A stretch of 11,298 nt of DNA from a bacterium (GCA_046484135.1 JAWOBU010000260.1:1-11298); one strand, 5' to 3'. Shown: positions 1 through 8,260, counted from the first letter of the stretch. Notes: generated from the sequence alone by a model not told the origin. Made by a program: numbers and translations.

Positions 1-238
1 TACGGCGCTATGGCGCAACGGAAGAAAGAAGAAATTTTTTAGCTTGCGGAACAGAGACTTGTCGCGACTGAAAGTCGCTAGCACGGCAGAGGGGGAGGAA
101 ACGCTACGACGCTATGACGCGAAGGGAAGAGAGAAGAAGAGATTTATTGCGCGGAAGAGAACTTGCACGGAGGAGTTTATTTTCATGGAGACTGAGATAA
201 AAAAGAAAGAATCGTTGCGTCGTGGCGTCATTGCGTTT
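1..238. repeat. Cluster of triple-8-mer (RCGCWANG)x3 repeats: two direct copies (1-20, truncated by the window edge; 101-124) and one inverted copy (213-236)
   Basis: 1-20 TACG GCGCTATG GCGCAACG; 101-124 ACGCTACG ACGCTATG ACGCGAAG; reverse complement of 213-236 ACGCAATG ACGCCACG ACGCAACG. Both direct copies are followed by similar GAAGA-rich tails. Confidence 0.75.
62..84 (-). repeat. REP-like palindromic hairpin
   Basis: Perfect stem GCGACT(64-69)-GAA-AGTCGC(73-78). The minus strand reads GTGC-TA-GCGACT-TTC-AGTCGC-GA, the tetranucleotide-plus-hairpin layout of GTAG-type REPs (head here is GTGC). Confidence 0.5.
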
Positions 239-254
239 GGAATCGCCTTTTCCC

Positions 255-339
255 GGTCAAAAATTATCCGTCAGGGGGGACAAAATCCGCCCCAAGAGGG
301 ATCGGAATTGCCCCTCTGTGATACAATTTTCGACCCCCC
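255..339 (+). repeat. Four degenerate ~16-bp boxes at ~22-bp period (iteron/operator-like)
   Basis: GGTCAAAAATTATCCG (255), GGACAAAATCCGCCCC (278), GATCGGAATTGCCCC (300), ATACAATTTTCGACCCCC (321); a related box GGTCAAAAACTGGGCC lies at 439 inside the downstream gene. Confidence 0.5.
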
Positions 340-360
340 AATTTTACGGGTCATGGAGGA
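319..360 (+). promoter_or_regulatory. Extended -10 promoter and Shine-Dalgarno of the wHTH gene
   Basis: TG-A-TACAAT at 319-327; GGAGGA at 355-360, 6 nt before ATG 367. Confidence 0.5.
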
Positions 361-366
361 CATGAG

Positions 367-771
367 ATGTCTAAGTCAATGAAATCAAAGGACAGTGATT
401 TTCAGGAGCTGGTGCGGGAGTATTTTTCGGGCGATAGGGGTCAAAAACTGGGCCTCGCGGCTTTTACGGTCTGGGTGTCTTTGCTGGTGCACTCGATGCC
501 GTCGTCTGGTCTCGTGAGTGTTTCGCATAAGACCATGCTGGATTGGACGGGCATTACGAGCAGGTCCACCCTGAGGCGGGCGCTTCATGAGCTTACTGAC
601 AAAGGCTACCTGGTGCGGCTCGAGCTGGAGGAAGCCCGGAACCTTCCGCGTGTCTACCGGGTGGGCGCACCTCCGAAGCCGGCCATGAAACTCCCGGACG
701 TAGTCCCCCGGCACCTGGACATTGATCTCATCATGAAGGACCTGGGGCTCGATCCCAAGGGGTCCTCTTGA
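367..771 (+). CDS. Small winged helix-turn-helix DNA-binding protein (134 aa), resembling the N-terminal wHTH of phage/plasmid replication initiators
   Basis: Good SD. VSVSHKTMLDWTGITSRSTLRRALHELTDKGYLVR fits the wHTH pattern (S.xxLAxxxG.SxxTVxRALxxLxxxGYI), followed by a wing ending PRVYRV. Confidence 0.7.
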   Translation: MSKSMKSKDSDFQELVREYFSGDRGQKLGLAAFTVWVSLLVHSMPSSGLVSVSHKTMLDWTGITSRSTLRRALHELTDKGYLVRLELEEARNLPRVYRVGAPPKPAMKLPDVVPRHLDIDLIMKDLGLDPKGSS

Positions 772-867
772 GGCAACGATTTAAGGCCGGAGGGTAAGAA
801 AGATGAGGGCTATATCAATTTGCTCCTCATTCCCGTCCGAATCACGAGACGGTAGCCGAGAGTTTTA

Positions 868-1069
868 TCACGCAAAGACGCTGAGGCGCAAAGGAGTTTA
901 GAGTTCTTTTGAATTTGAGAAAAAAAGATAAAATCTCCGTTTTGACACAGCGAAGCTTGCGTTTTCTGACGTTCAGGCGCCTTGAAAAGCACATACGGGG
1001 CTATTTCTATAAGATATCGGGACGGCGCACTCTTGTTATGTTTTTTCTTTGGGACGCGCCTTTGCGTGA
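868..1069. repeat. Inverted pair of triple-8-mer repeats bounding ~200 bp of AT-richer intergenic DNA
   Basis: 868-893 TC ACGCAAAG ACGCTGAG GCGCAAAG; reverse complement of 1047-1069 TC ACGCAAAG GCGCGTCC CAAAG. The outer 10 bp (TCACGCAAAG) are a perfect inverted repeat. Confidence 0.7.
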
Positions 1070-1097
1070 AATAAAATATGTTTTGGAAAAGTGTTCT

Positions 1098-3080
1098 CTA
1101 CTTCGCTCCTTCCACCAGGGTGTCCACCACCGAGGGGTCCGCGAGTGTGGTGGTGTCTCCCATGTCCTTGGTCTCGCCGGCGGCGATCTTTTTAAGTATG
1201 CGGCGCATGATCTTTCCGGACCTGGTCTTGGGCAGTGCCTCTGCATACTGGACTTTGTCGGGGGTGGCGATGGGCCCGATCTCCTTGCGCACGTGTTTTA
1301 CGAGCTCCTTTTTCAGGTCCTCGGACTGCTCCTGGCCGGACTTGAGCATGACAAAGGCGTAGATGCCCTGGCCTTTAACGTCGTGAGGCATACCCACTAC
1401 CGCGGCCTCGGCGACCGACGGGTGGGAGACCAGGGCGGACTCGATCTCCGCGGTTCCCATGCGGTGGCCGGAGACGTTGATCACGTCGTCGAGTCGGCCC
1501 ATGAGCCAGAAGTAGCCGTCGTCGTCCACCCGGGCGCCGTCTCCGGTTGCGTACCTTCCGGGGAACTTGCTCCAGTAGGTCTCGATAAAGCGGGGATGGT
1601 TTCCGTAGACGGTCCTCATGAGTCCGGGCCAGGGCCGCATCATGACGAGGTATCCTCCCTCGTTGGTCTCGCATGGTGTGCCGTCGTCGCGAAGGACCTT
1701 GCACTCGACGCCGAAGAAGGGCTTGCAGGCGCTGCCGGGCTTGATCTGCATGGCGCCGGGCAGGGGCGTTATGAGGAAGCCGCCGGTCTCGGTCTGCCAG
1801 TAGGTGTCCACGATGGGACAGCGGGACTTGCCCACCTTTTCGTAGTACCACATCCATGCTTCGGGGTTTATGGGCTCTCCCACGCTGCCGATGATTTTGA
1901 GGCTTGTGAGGTCGTACTGCTCGACCCACTTGTCTCCTTCGCGCATGAGGGCCCGGATGGCTGTGGGAGCGGTGTAGAACTGGTTTACCTGGTACTTGTC
2001 CACTATGTTCCAGAACCTTCCGGGGTCCGGGTAGTTTGGGACCCCCTCGAACATGACGGAGGTGGAGCCGTTGGCGAGCGGCCCGTAGACGATGTAGGAG
2101 TGTCCGGTGACCCAGCCGATGTCGGCTGTGCACCAGAAGGTGTCCTCGTCCTTTATGTTGAAGGTCCACTTGTGGGTGAGGGCCACGTAGAGGAGATAGC
2201 CTGCGGTGGTGTGGAGCACTCCCTTGGGCTTGCCGGTAGAGCCGGATGTGTAAAGGATGAACAAGGGGTCCTCGGCGTCCAGCTTCTCGGGCTCGCAAAA
2301 GCCCTGCACGTCAGCGGCGGACATCTCCTCGTGCCACCACACGTCGCGGCCTTCTTTCATGGGAACGTCCTGGCCGGCGCGGTTGACCACCACCTGGGTC
2401 TGGACCGACTCGGCCTGTTCCAGCGCGGCGTCAGCGTTGGCTTTCAGGGGCACGGGCTTGGTCCCGCGGAAGCCTGCGTCCGAAGTAACCAGGACCTTGG
2501 CTTCGCAGTCCTGGATGCGGTCGCGCAGGGAGTCGGAGGAGAACCCTCCGAACACCACGCTGTGCACGGCGCCGATCCGGGCGCAGGCCAGCATGGTTAT
2601 GGGAAGCTCGGGGATCATGGGAAGATATATCGCCACCCGGTCGCCTTTTTTCACTCCCTTTTTCTTCAACACGTTGGCGAACCGGTTGACCTCCCGGTAC
2701 AGGTCGTGGTAGGTCAGGGTCTTGTCCACGCCGGGCTGGTCCCCTTCCCAGATAAGCGCCGCCTTGTTCTTGCGCCAGGTTTTAACGTGCCGGTCCAGGC
2801 AGTTCACGGACACGTTCAGCTTGCCTCCCTTGAACCAGGAAAAGCGTACGTCGTCCTTGTCCTCCCACTCGAAGACCTTGTCCCACTTCTTGTCCCAGGT
2901 AAGAAACTCGTCCGCCATGCGGCCCCAGAAGCCCTCCGGGTCGTCCAGGGACTCCTGGTAGAGGGACTCGTACTTCTGGAGCGAATCAATGTAAGAGTCT
3001 TTCCTTACCTCTTCCGGAACATCGAAGACCCGTTCCTCGATGGCTACCGAAAATATCTCTTGCTTTTCTTCCTCAGCCAT
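1098..3080 (-). CDS. acs: Acetyl-CoA synthetase, AMP-forming (acetate--CoA ligase), 660 aa
   Basis: Motifs [62 protein letters not shown] and [12 protein letters not shown] (acetylatable Lys). Start moved from 3137 to ATG 3080 because AGGAGG lies at 3092-3087. Confidence 0.97.
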   Translation of the reverse strand: MAEEEKQEIFSVAIEERVFDVPEEVRKDSYIDSLQKYESLYQESLDDPEGFWGRMADEFLTWDKKWDKVFEWEDKDDVRFSWFKGGKLNVSVNCLDRHVKTWRKNKAALIWEGDQPGVDKTLTYHDLYREVNRFANVLKKKGVKKGDRVAIYLPMIPELPITMLACARIGAVHSVVFGGFSSDSLRDRIQDCEAKVLVTSDAGFRGTKPVPLKANADAALEQAESVQTQVVVNRAGQDVPMKEGRDVWWHEEMSAADVQGFCEPEKLDAEDPLFILYTSGSTGKPKGVLHTTAGYLLYVALTHKWTFNIKDEDTFWCTADIGWVTGHSYIVYGPLANGSTSVMFEGVPNYPDPGRFWNIVDKYQVNQFYTAPTAIRALMREGDKWVEQYDLTSLKIIGSVGEPINPEAWMWYYEKVGKSRCPIVDTYWQTETGGFLITPLPGAMQIKPGSACKPFFGVECKVLRDDGTPCETNEGGYLVMMRPWPGLMRTVYGNHPRFIETYWSKFPGRYATGDGARVDDDGYFWLMGRLDDVINVSGHRMGTAEIESALVSHPSVAEAAVVGMPHDVKGQGIYAFVMLKSGQEQSEDLKKELVKHVRKEIGPIATPDKVQYAEALPKTRSGKIMRRILKKIAAGETKDMGDTTTLADPSVVDTLVEGAK

Positions 3081-3164
3081 GATTTTCCTCCTTTCGAATA
3101 CTGCATCCTCGGGGGTACTGAAAGAAAGTATGTGCACGGACCCCTGTTTGTAAACTACATAACT

Positions 3165-3193
3165 ATTTTAACACCGGTAGAAGCCTTTGGAAA
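3165..3193 (-). promoter_or_regulatory. Predicted sigma70 promoter of acs
   Basis: Minus strand TTTCCA (3193-3188), 17-nt spacer, TAAAAT (3170-3165) preceded by a TGn extension. Confidence 0.55.
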
Positions 3194-3231
3194 GCAGGGG
3201 GAGAGCTTCTGGTGGAAGTTTCTTCCGCGGG

Positions 3232-3240
3232 TGTTACAAT
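3232..3240 (+). promoter_or_regulatory. Predicted extended -10 promoter of hisF
   Basis: TG-T-TACAAT ends 8 nt before ATG 3249; no SD in between. Confidence 0.5.
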
Positions 3241-3248
3241 TGTTTTTC

Positions 3249-4022
3249 ATGCTTGCCAAGCGCATCATACCTTGCCTGGACGTAAAGGATGGTCGGGTGG
3301 TCAAGGGCGTAAACTTCGTTGATCTTCGCGACGCGGGCGATCCGGTCGAGTGCGCCCTGGCCTATGACGAGCAGGGCGCGGATGAGTTGACCTTCCTGGA
3401 CATCACCGCGAGTTTTGAAAAGCGCGACATAATCCTGGACGTGGTCAGGCGCACGGCCGGTGCCTGTTTCATGCCGGTCACCGTTGGAGGCGGCCTGCGC
3501 GGCCTCGAGGATGTGCGGAACCTTTTGAACGCGGGCGCGGACAAGGTGTCCATCAACACCAGCGCGGTGCGCGAGCCGGAGTTCGTGAAAAAAGCGGCGG
3601 AGCGCTTCGGCAGCCAGTGCATAGTGGTGGCGGTGGACGCAAGACGCATCCCTGGCACGGAGCCGGTCCGTTGGGAGGTCTACACCCACGGCGGCCGGAC
3701 CCCCACCGGCATAGACGCCCTGGAGTGGGGGCAAAAGATGGAAAGCATGGGCGCAGGGGAGATACTCTTGACCTCGATGGACCGGGACGGGACCAGGAAG
3801 GGGTTTGACCTCGAGCTCACCCGGTCGTACTCGGACCTGCTCAGCATACCGGTGATAGCCTCCGGAGGAGTCGGCACCCTGGAGCACATCTATGAAGGGC
3901 TCAGCAGGGGCGGGGCCTCTGCCGCGCTTGCCGCGTCCATCTTCCACTACGGGGAGCACACCATCCGGGAGTGCAAGGACTACCTGGCCCGGAAAGGCAT
4001 ACGAACCCGGCCGCCGGCCTGA
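3249..4022 (+). CDS. hisF: Imidazole glycerol phosphate synthase cyclase subunit HisF (257 aa)
   Basis: Canonical start [81 protein letters not shown]. It is only the C-terminal part of track ORF 909..4022. Confidence 0.97.
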   Translation: MLAKRIIPCLDVKDGRVVKGVNFVDLRDAGDPVECALAYDEQGADELTFLDITASFEKRDIILDVVRRTAGACFMPVTVGGGLRGLEDVRNLLNAGADKVSINTSAVREPEFVKKAAERFGSQCIVVAVDARRIPGTEPVRWEVYTHGGRTPTGIDALEWGQKMESMGAGEILLTSMDRDGTRKGFDLELTRSYSDLLSIPVIASGGVGTLEHIYEGLSRGGASAALAASIFHYGEHTIRECKDYLARKGIRTRPPA

Positions 4023-4035
4023 AAGTAAAGCAGCC

Positions 4036-4824
4036 ATGGATTACGCTCTTATCATAATTGTTGCTTTCGGGGTGGCTGCGCTCACCTTTTTCTCGGGGTT
4101 CGGGCTGGGAAGCCTGCTCATGCCCTTTTTCGCGGTGTTCTTTGACGTGCGGCTCGCCATTGCCGCCACCGCGGTGGTCCACCTTTTTAATAATATAGTG
4201 AAGTCGGGTCTGATGTTCAGGCACGCGGACTTCAAGGTGTTCGTCCGGTTTGCCCTGCCCGCGGCTGTGACCGCATTTGTGGGCGCGGGTCTGCTCTCGT
4301 ACATTCCGGAGGACGAGTACCTCTTGGCTTACGAGCTTATGGGCCGGGAGTGCCGCCTTACTCCGGTGGGTCTGGTCATAGCCGTTCTGATCGCCGCGTT
4401 CGCAGTGGTGGAGATTCATCCGCGCTTCGAGAAGTTGTCCTTTCCGTCCCGGTACATTCCCTTGGGAGGATCGGTGTCGGGTTTTTTGGGAGGACTTTCC
4501 GGCCACCAGGGTGCTTTGCGGAGCGCCTTTCTCATCCGCACCGGGCTTCAAAAAGAGGCCTTCATAGGCACTGCTGCCCTGTCCGCGGCAATAGTGGATG
4601 TCTCGCGGCTTCTGGTGTACGGGACCACCTTCTTCGGCAAACACTTTAGAACCATCGGCACCGGCAGCGAAGCCGGTCTTATTATTGCCGGTTGCCTGGC
4701 CGCTTTTACCGGGACCCTAATCGGCAGGCGTCTTCTGGACAAGGTTACCATGAAGTCCGTGCAGTGGATCGTGGGTGTCCTGCTTTTCCTGCTGGCTGCG
4801 GCCATTGGAGCGGGAGTGGTTTAA
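4036..4824 (+). CDS. TSUP (TauE/SafE sulfite exporter-like) membrane protein (262 aa)
   Basis: Multiple hydrophobic segments; duplicated Gly motifs FSGFGLGSLLMP and GFLGGLSGHQG; C-terminal GTLIGRRLL. ATG 4036 lies 13 nt after the hisF stop. Confidence 0.85.
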   Translation: MDYALIIIVAFGVAALTFFSGFGLGSLLMPFFAVFFDVRLAIAATAVVHLFNNIVKSGLMFRHADFKVFVRFALPAAVTAFVGAGLLSYIPEDEYLLAYELMGRECRLTPVGLVIAVLIAAFAVVEIHPRFEKLSFPSRYIPLGGSVSGFLGGLSGHQGALRSAFLIRTGLQKEAFIGTAALSAAIVDVSRLLVYGTTFFGKHFRTIGTGSEAGLIIAGCLAAFTGTLIGRRLLDKVTMKSVQWIVGVLLFLLAAAIGAGVV

Positions 4825-4839
4825 TGATGAGTAAGGTAT

Positions 4840-4869
4840 TTGACATGTATTTGTGCTCCATGCCAGAAT
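4840..4869 (+). promoter_or_regulatory. Possible internal sigma70 promoter
   Basis: TTGACA (4840-4845), 18-nt spacer, CAGAAT (4864-4869) preceded by TGn. Confidence 0.4.
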
Positions 4870-4885
4870 TAGAGCGAGTTCGCTT

Positions 4886-5875
4886 ATGAAGACGCTTGTT
4901 ACCGGCGCGACCGGTCTTTTGGGCGGCAACATTGTCCGGATGATGGCCGCAGAGGGCGTAGATGTTCGCGTTCTGGTTCGGGAGCGTTCGGACCGGGCGG
5001 CGCTGGAAGGGCTGGATGTAGAAGAGGTGGTGGGTGACATCCGGGACGGTGATGCTGTAAAGAAGGCGGTGTCGGGATGTGACCGGGTCGTTCACGCGGC
5101 TGCTTCGGTGAGCCAGTGGCGTCCCAACCGTCCCTGGATGGAAGAGGTCAACGTAGTCGGGACGCGCAACGTCCTGGAGGCCTGCCTGAAAGCCGGTGTG
5201 GAAAGGGTGGTTTACGTATCCACCGTGGATACGCTGGGTCTTTCTTCCCGCGAGCAGCCCGCGGACGAGACGTGGGAGCATGAAAGTTTGGCCCGGTTCG
5301 GCAACCCTTATATAGACACCAAGTACGAGGCGGAACAGGAGGCTTTGAAGATCGCGGAAAAGGGGCTGGACCTGGTAATAGTCAAACCCACTTACATGAT
5401 CGGGGAATGGGACACCAAGCCCACCTCCGGCCAGATGATCCTGGAGGTCGCGCGAGGCCGGGCAATCGGCTACCCCGGCGGGGGCAACAACTTCGTGGAC
5501 GTGCTGGACGCGGCGCGAGGGGTATTACAGGCTTTTGAAAAGGGACGGAGCGGCGAGTCATACATACTCGGCAACAAGGACGGGAACCTTACTTACGCAG
5601 AGATGTTCAGCTTGATTGCAAAGGTGGTGGGAGCAAGACCGCCGCGCTTTCGCATTCCTTATTTTGCGGCAGTCGGAGCCGGCTACGTGATGGACGCCGC
5701 GGGAAGGCTTTTCGGTCTCGAGCCGGACGTGAACTCGGTGACCGCCAAGCTGGGGTTCGCTCCCCATTACTTTACGCCGGAGAAGGCCATCCGGGAGCTG
5801 GGGCTTTTGCAATCTCCGCTGGAGCCGGCGGTGGAAAGGGCGTACCAGTGGTTCCGGGAGCGTGGAAGGATATGA
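4886..5875 (+). CDS. Extended SDR / NAD-dependent epimerase-dehydratase, HpnA/dihydroflavonol-reductase-like (329 aa)
   Basis: MKTLVTGATGLLG Rossmann motif; HAAA; VNVVGTRNVLEA; YVST; catalytic YIDTK (YxxxK); NFVDVLDAARG; GESYILG. Confidence 0.9.
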   Translation: MKTLVTGATGLLGGNIVRMMAAEGVDVRVLVRERSDRAALEGLDVEEVVGDIRDGDAVKKAVSGCDRVVHAAASVSQWRPNRPWMEEVNVVGTRNVLEACLKAGVERVVYVSTVDTLGLSSREQPADETWEHESLARFGNPYIDTKYEAEQEALKIAEKGLDLVIVKPTYMIGEWDTKPTSGQMILEVARGRAIGYPGGGNNFVDVLDAARGVLQAFEKGRSGESYILGNKDGNLTYAEMFSLIAKVVGARPPRFRIPYFAAVGAGYVMDAAGRLFGLEPDVNSVTAKLGFAPHYFTPEKAIRELGLLQSPLEPAVERAYQWFRERGRI

Positions 5876-5912
5876 AGGAGACATTTTTACCCGATCTTTT
5901 CAAGGAGAACCC

Positions 5913-6728
5913 ATGAAGACCAGTAACCTGCTTGTACTTGTGATCGCCGCGGTTTTCTTTTTCGGCTGCGGCGACAAAAAGGAAGAAGAGGCGGTAAAGA
6001 AAAAACCGGAGTTTCAATTAAAGAAGTGTCCGCTTTCCCGGATCGAGGTCACCCCGGAGAAGGTTTACGACAAGTGCGTACTTAACCAGGACTGCAAAGT
6101 CGAGCTGGCTGCCGCCGCCTATGACCACGATGGAAACCAGGTGGACGCAGACCTCACCTGGAGCGTCCGCTACCCGGACGGCGAGGATGAAAAGGTTACC
6201 GGCCGCGGCCACCGGGTGGTGGTGCATGAGAACCGTCGGGCCGTTTTTATCGGCAGCGGTAATGCCTGCGGCATATTCACGGTGCGGGTGGAGGATCGAA
6301 CCTGCAACCTGGCTACAGAGGAGAACCCCCAGTACGTGCTGGGACAGTCCTGGATCAAAGTGGTACCCCCGCCGGACGCGGACATTGTGTGCGGGCCCAT
6401 GCGCCTCACTTACGGCGACCGGCTGGACCGGATGGGCGATACCATCCTGGCCAGCGCCAAGGGACTGCTCCTGGCGGAGGTCTGCACCAACGTGGACTTA
6501 AATCGTATGGACCACCGGGTGCAGTTCTATATCAACGGCGAGCCCTACGTTACCACCCGGCCGTTGTACGAGGACCCCCAGGTCAAGCTGAGACACGGTA
6601 AGTCCCAGGCATACTTCTCATATCTGCCCATGTACCTGGCCCCCGGCAAGTTCTCCGTGTACTACGAGTTTTTGAAGGAAGGTGAAGTGGTGTGCGGCTC
6701 CAGGACGGAGAGGTTTAAAGCGAGGTAA
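5913..6728 (+). CDS. Cys-rich lipoprotein of unknown function, probably with Ig-like beta domains (271 aa)
   Basis: AAGGAG SD upstream of ATG 5913; signal MKTSNLLVLVIAAVFFFG-C (lipobox Cys19); RIEVTP...AAAYDHDGNQV..LTWSV resembles bacterial Ig-like repeats. Confidence 0.75.
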   Translation: MKTSNLLVLVIAAVFFFGCGDKKEEEAVKKKPEFQLKKCPLSRIEVTPEKVYDKCVLNQDCKVELAAAAYDHDGNQVDADLTWSVRYPDGEDEKVTGRGHRVVVHENRRAVFIGSGNACGIFTVRVEDRTCNLATEENPQYVLGQSWIKVVPPPDADIVCGPMRLTYGDRLDRMGDTILASAKGLLLAEVCTNVDLNRMDHRVQFYINGEPYVTTRPLYEDPQVKLRHGKSQAYFSYLPMYLAPGKFSVYYEFLKEGEVVCGSRTERFKAR

Positions 6729-6742
6729 GAACGGAGAGCGCG

Positions 6743-7393
6743 TTGCTGAGAATTAAAATAAAATTGTATTTACCGGCGTGTGTGGCCCTTCTGCTTTTAC
6801 TGCCACTTACTGCATGGACACAACGCCGGAACGAGCTCGGGTCCCTTTACGGCAACCAGAACCTGGAGATCATCGTGGCCCGGCTTATGCCGGCCATGGT
6901 GCCGGAGGAGGGACAGGGCGGCGAGGTCTTGTTCGGCTTTAACACCTCTTCTAAGCGGACCGAGTTTCGCGAGCACTGGAAGCTATTTTATGGAGTGGGG
7001 GTGGCCGCGGGCGGCTTCACCTGGCGGGACGCTGACCTGGGCCGTTATGAACAGAGGTCCGCCAGCGGGGGTTACGCTATTCTGCAGGCGGAGGGCAAGT
7101 GGTTTTACTCGGTGGAGGGGGAACTCCGGCCTTACGTGGGTGTCTATGGTGGGATAGGCTACGGCAGTTTGTGGATGGAGACCTCGGACGATCTTCCCGA
7201 CCCGCCTGCTGCAGGACTGGAGTTCTTGACCGGGGGGGCGGAGACCGGCGTGCACATCCATCTTAAAGGCCACCACTCCCTGGTCCTGTCGGTGGGAGCT
7301 GACGCGCGGGTTCACCGGGTGGGACAGGAGGGCAAGTTCAACATGCCGATCATGGTAAACATCGGGGTCTGCAAGTGGCGGGGACCTCTTTAA
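6743..7393 (+). CDS. Secreted protein, putative small outer-membrane beta-barrel (216 aa)
   Basis: TTG start after GGAGAG; signal peptide (..LLLLPLTAWT); alternating Gly/aromatic strands LFYGVGVAAGG, LRPYVGVYGGIGYG, GGAETGVHI, MVNIGV. Confidence 0.6.
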   Translation: MLRIKIKLYLPACVALLLLLPLTAWTQRRNELGSLYGNQNLEIIVARLMPAMVPEEGQGGEVLFGFNTSSKRTEFREHWKLFYGVGVAAGGFTWRDADLGRYEQRSASGGYAILQAEGKWFYSVEGELRPYVGVYGGIGYGSLWMETSDDLPDPPAAGLEFLTGGAETGVHIHLKGHHSLVLSVGADARVHRVGQEGKFNMPIMVNIGVCKWRGPL

Positions 7394-7468
7394 TCTCATC
7401 TTCAGATTTGTTCCATGTCCCGCTTTCAACACGGTGTTCTTAATAAAGTCATATCGGAGGTATATGTT

Positions 7469-8125
7469 TTGGCGGAAGAGAAGCAGTATATAATTGATCA
7501 CTTGAGCCGGGGTGAGTCGTGGCGGATGTTCCGGATCATGTCGGAGTTCGTGGAGGGGTTCGACGTTCTGCACGAGATTTATCCGGCGGTTTCCATTTTC
7601 GGCTCCGCCCGGGCCGGCCCGGGCGATCACGTGTACGACAAGGCGTACGACATAGCCCGGCTTCTGGCCGGGCGCGGCTATGCCGTCATCACCGGCGGGG
7701 GCGGCGGTGTCATGGAAGCGGCCAACAAAGGGTCAGCGGACGCGAAAGGCACCTCGGTGGGTCTCAACATCGAGCTTCCCATGGAACAGAGGCCGAACCA
7801 GTACTCGAATATGAAGCTCAACTTCCGGTACTTTTTCGTGCGCAAGGTGATGTTCATAAAGTACGCCCAGGCTTACGTGGTCCTGCCCGGCGGGTTCGGG
7901 ACCCTGGACGAGCTCTCCGAGGCCCTCACCCTTATCCAGACCAAGAAGATAAAACCCTTTCCGGTCATCATGGTGGGAAAGAGTTACTGGGAGCCTCTGC
8001 TGGAATGGTTCAAGGGTTGTCTCCTGGAGAACAACATGATCTCTCCCGAGGACCTGGACATATTTCAAATCCTGGACGAGCCCGAGGAGATAGTAAGGGA
8101 GATAACCAGGCGGGTGGTGATGTAA
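7469..8125 (+). CDS. LOG family (TIGR00730-like) nucleotide 5'-monophosphate phosphoribohydrolase (218 aa)
   Basis: SIFGSAR, ITGGGGGVMEAAN, FRYFFVRKVMF and signature PGGFGTLDE. Start placed at TTG 7469, 8 nt after GGAGG (7456-7460). Confidence 0.92.
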   Translation: MAEEKQYIIDHLSRGESWRMFRIMSEFVEGFDVLHEIYPAVSIFGSARAGPGDHVYDKAYDIARLLAGRGYAVITGGGGGVMEAANKGSADAKGTSVGLNIELPMEQRPNQYSNMKLNFRYFFVRKVMFIKYAQAYVVLPGGFGTLDELSEALTLIQTKKIKPFPVIMVGKSYWEPLLEWFKGCLLENNMISPEDLDIFQILDEPEEIVREITRRVVM

Positions 8126-8260
8126 GCCGGCTTTGGCGGACGCTGAGTTGAAAGAGCATATCCGAAACCACCGAGATACCTGTTACGGTGAACCATGGTT
8201 TAGAAAAAAGGTTTAATAAAGTATTAACCGGGTCCGCCCGTTCAGTAAAGGAGGACCGGC

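Noticed and set aside
1..345. Possible CRISPR array
   Set aside because: The repeats are degenerate, include inverted copies and lack constant-length unique spacers; no cas genes are in the window.
44..382. 112-aa ORF upstream of the wHTH gene
   Set aside because: TTG start without a clear SD; it runs through repeats, purine tracts and the iteron-like boxes, and has no recognisable protein motif.
942..947. Perfect TTGACA -35 hexamer
   Set aside because: No credible -10 at 16-18 nt, and it points into the 3' end of the convergent acs gene.
3081..3160. acs leader as a riboswitch
   Set aside because: Only short GGGGT/ACCCC and TACT/AGTA stems; no known aptamer consensus and no clear expression platform.
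909..3248. 780-codon in-frame extension making hisF part of a 1037-aa ORF
   Set aside because: It is mostly the antisense shadow of acs, as is common opposite GC3-rich genes. It shows no recognisable domain, and HisF has its canonical N-terminus and a predicted promoter at 3249.
4886..5875. Calling the SDR hpnA (hopanoid cluster)
   Set aside because: Family resemblance only; no shc or other hpn genes are nearby, so no symbol was assigned.
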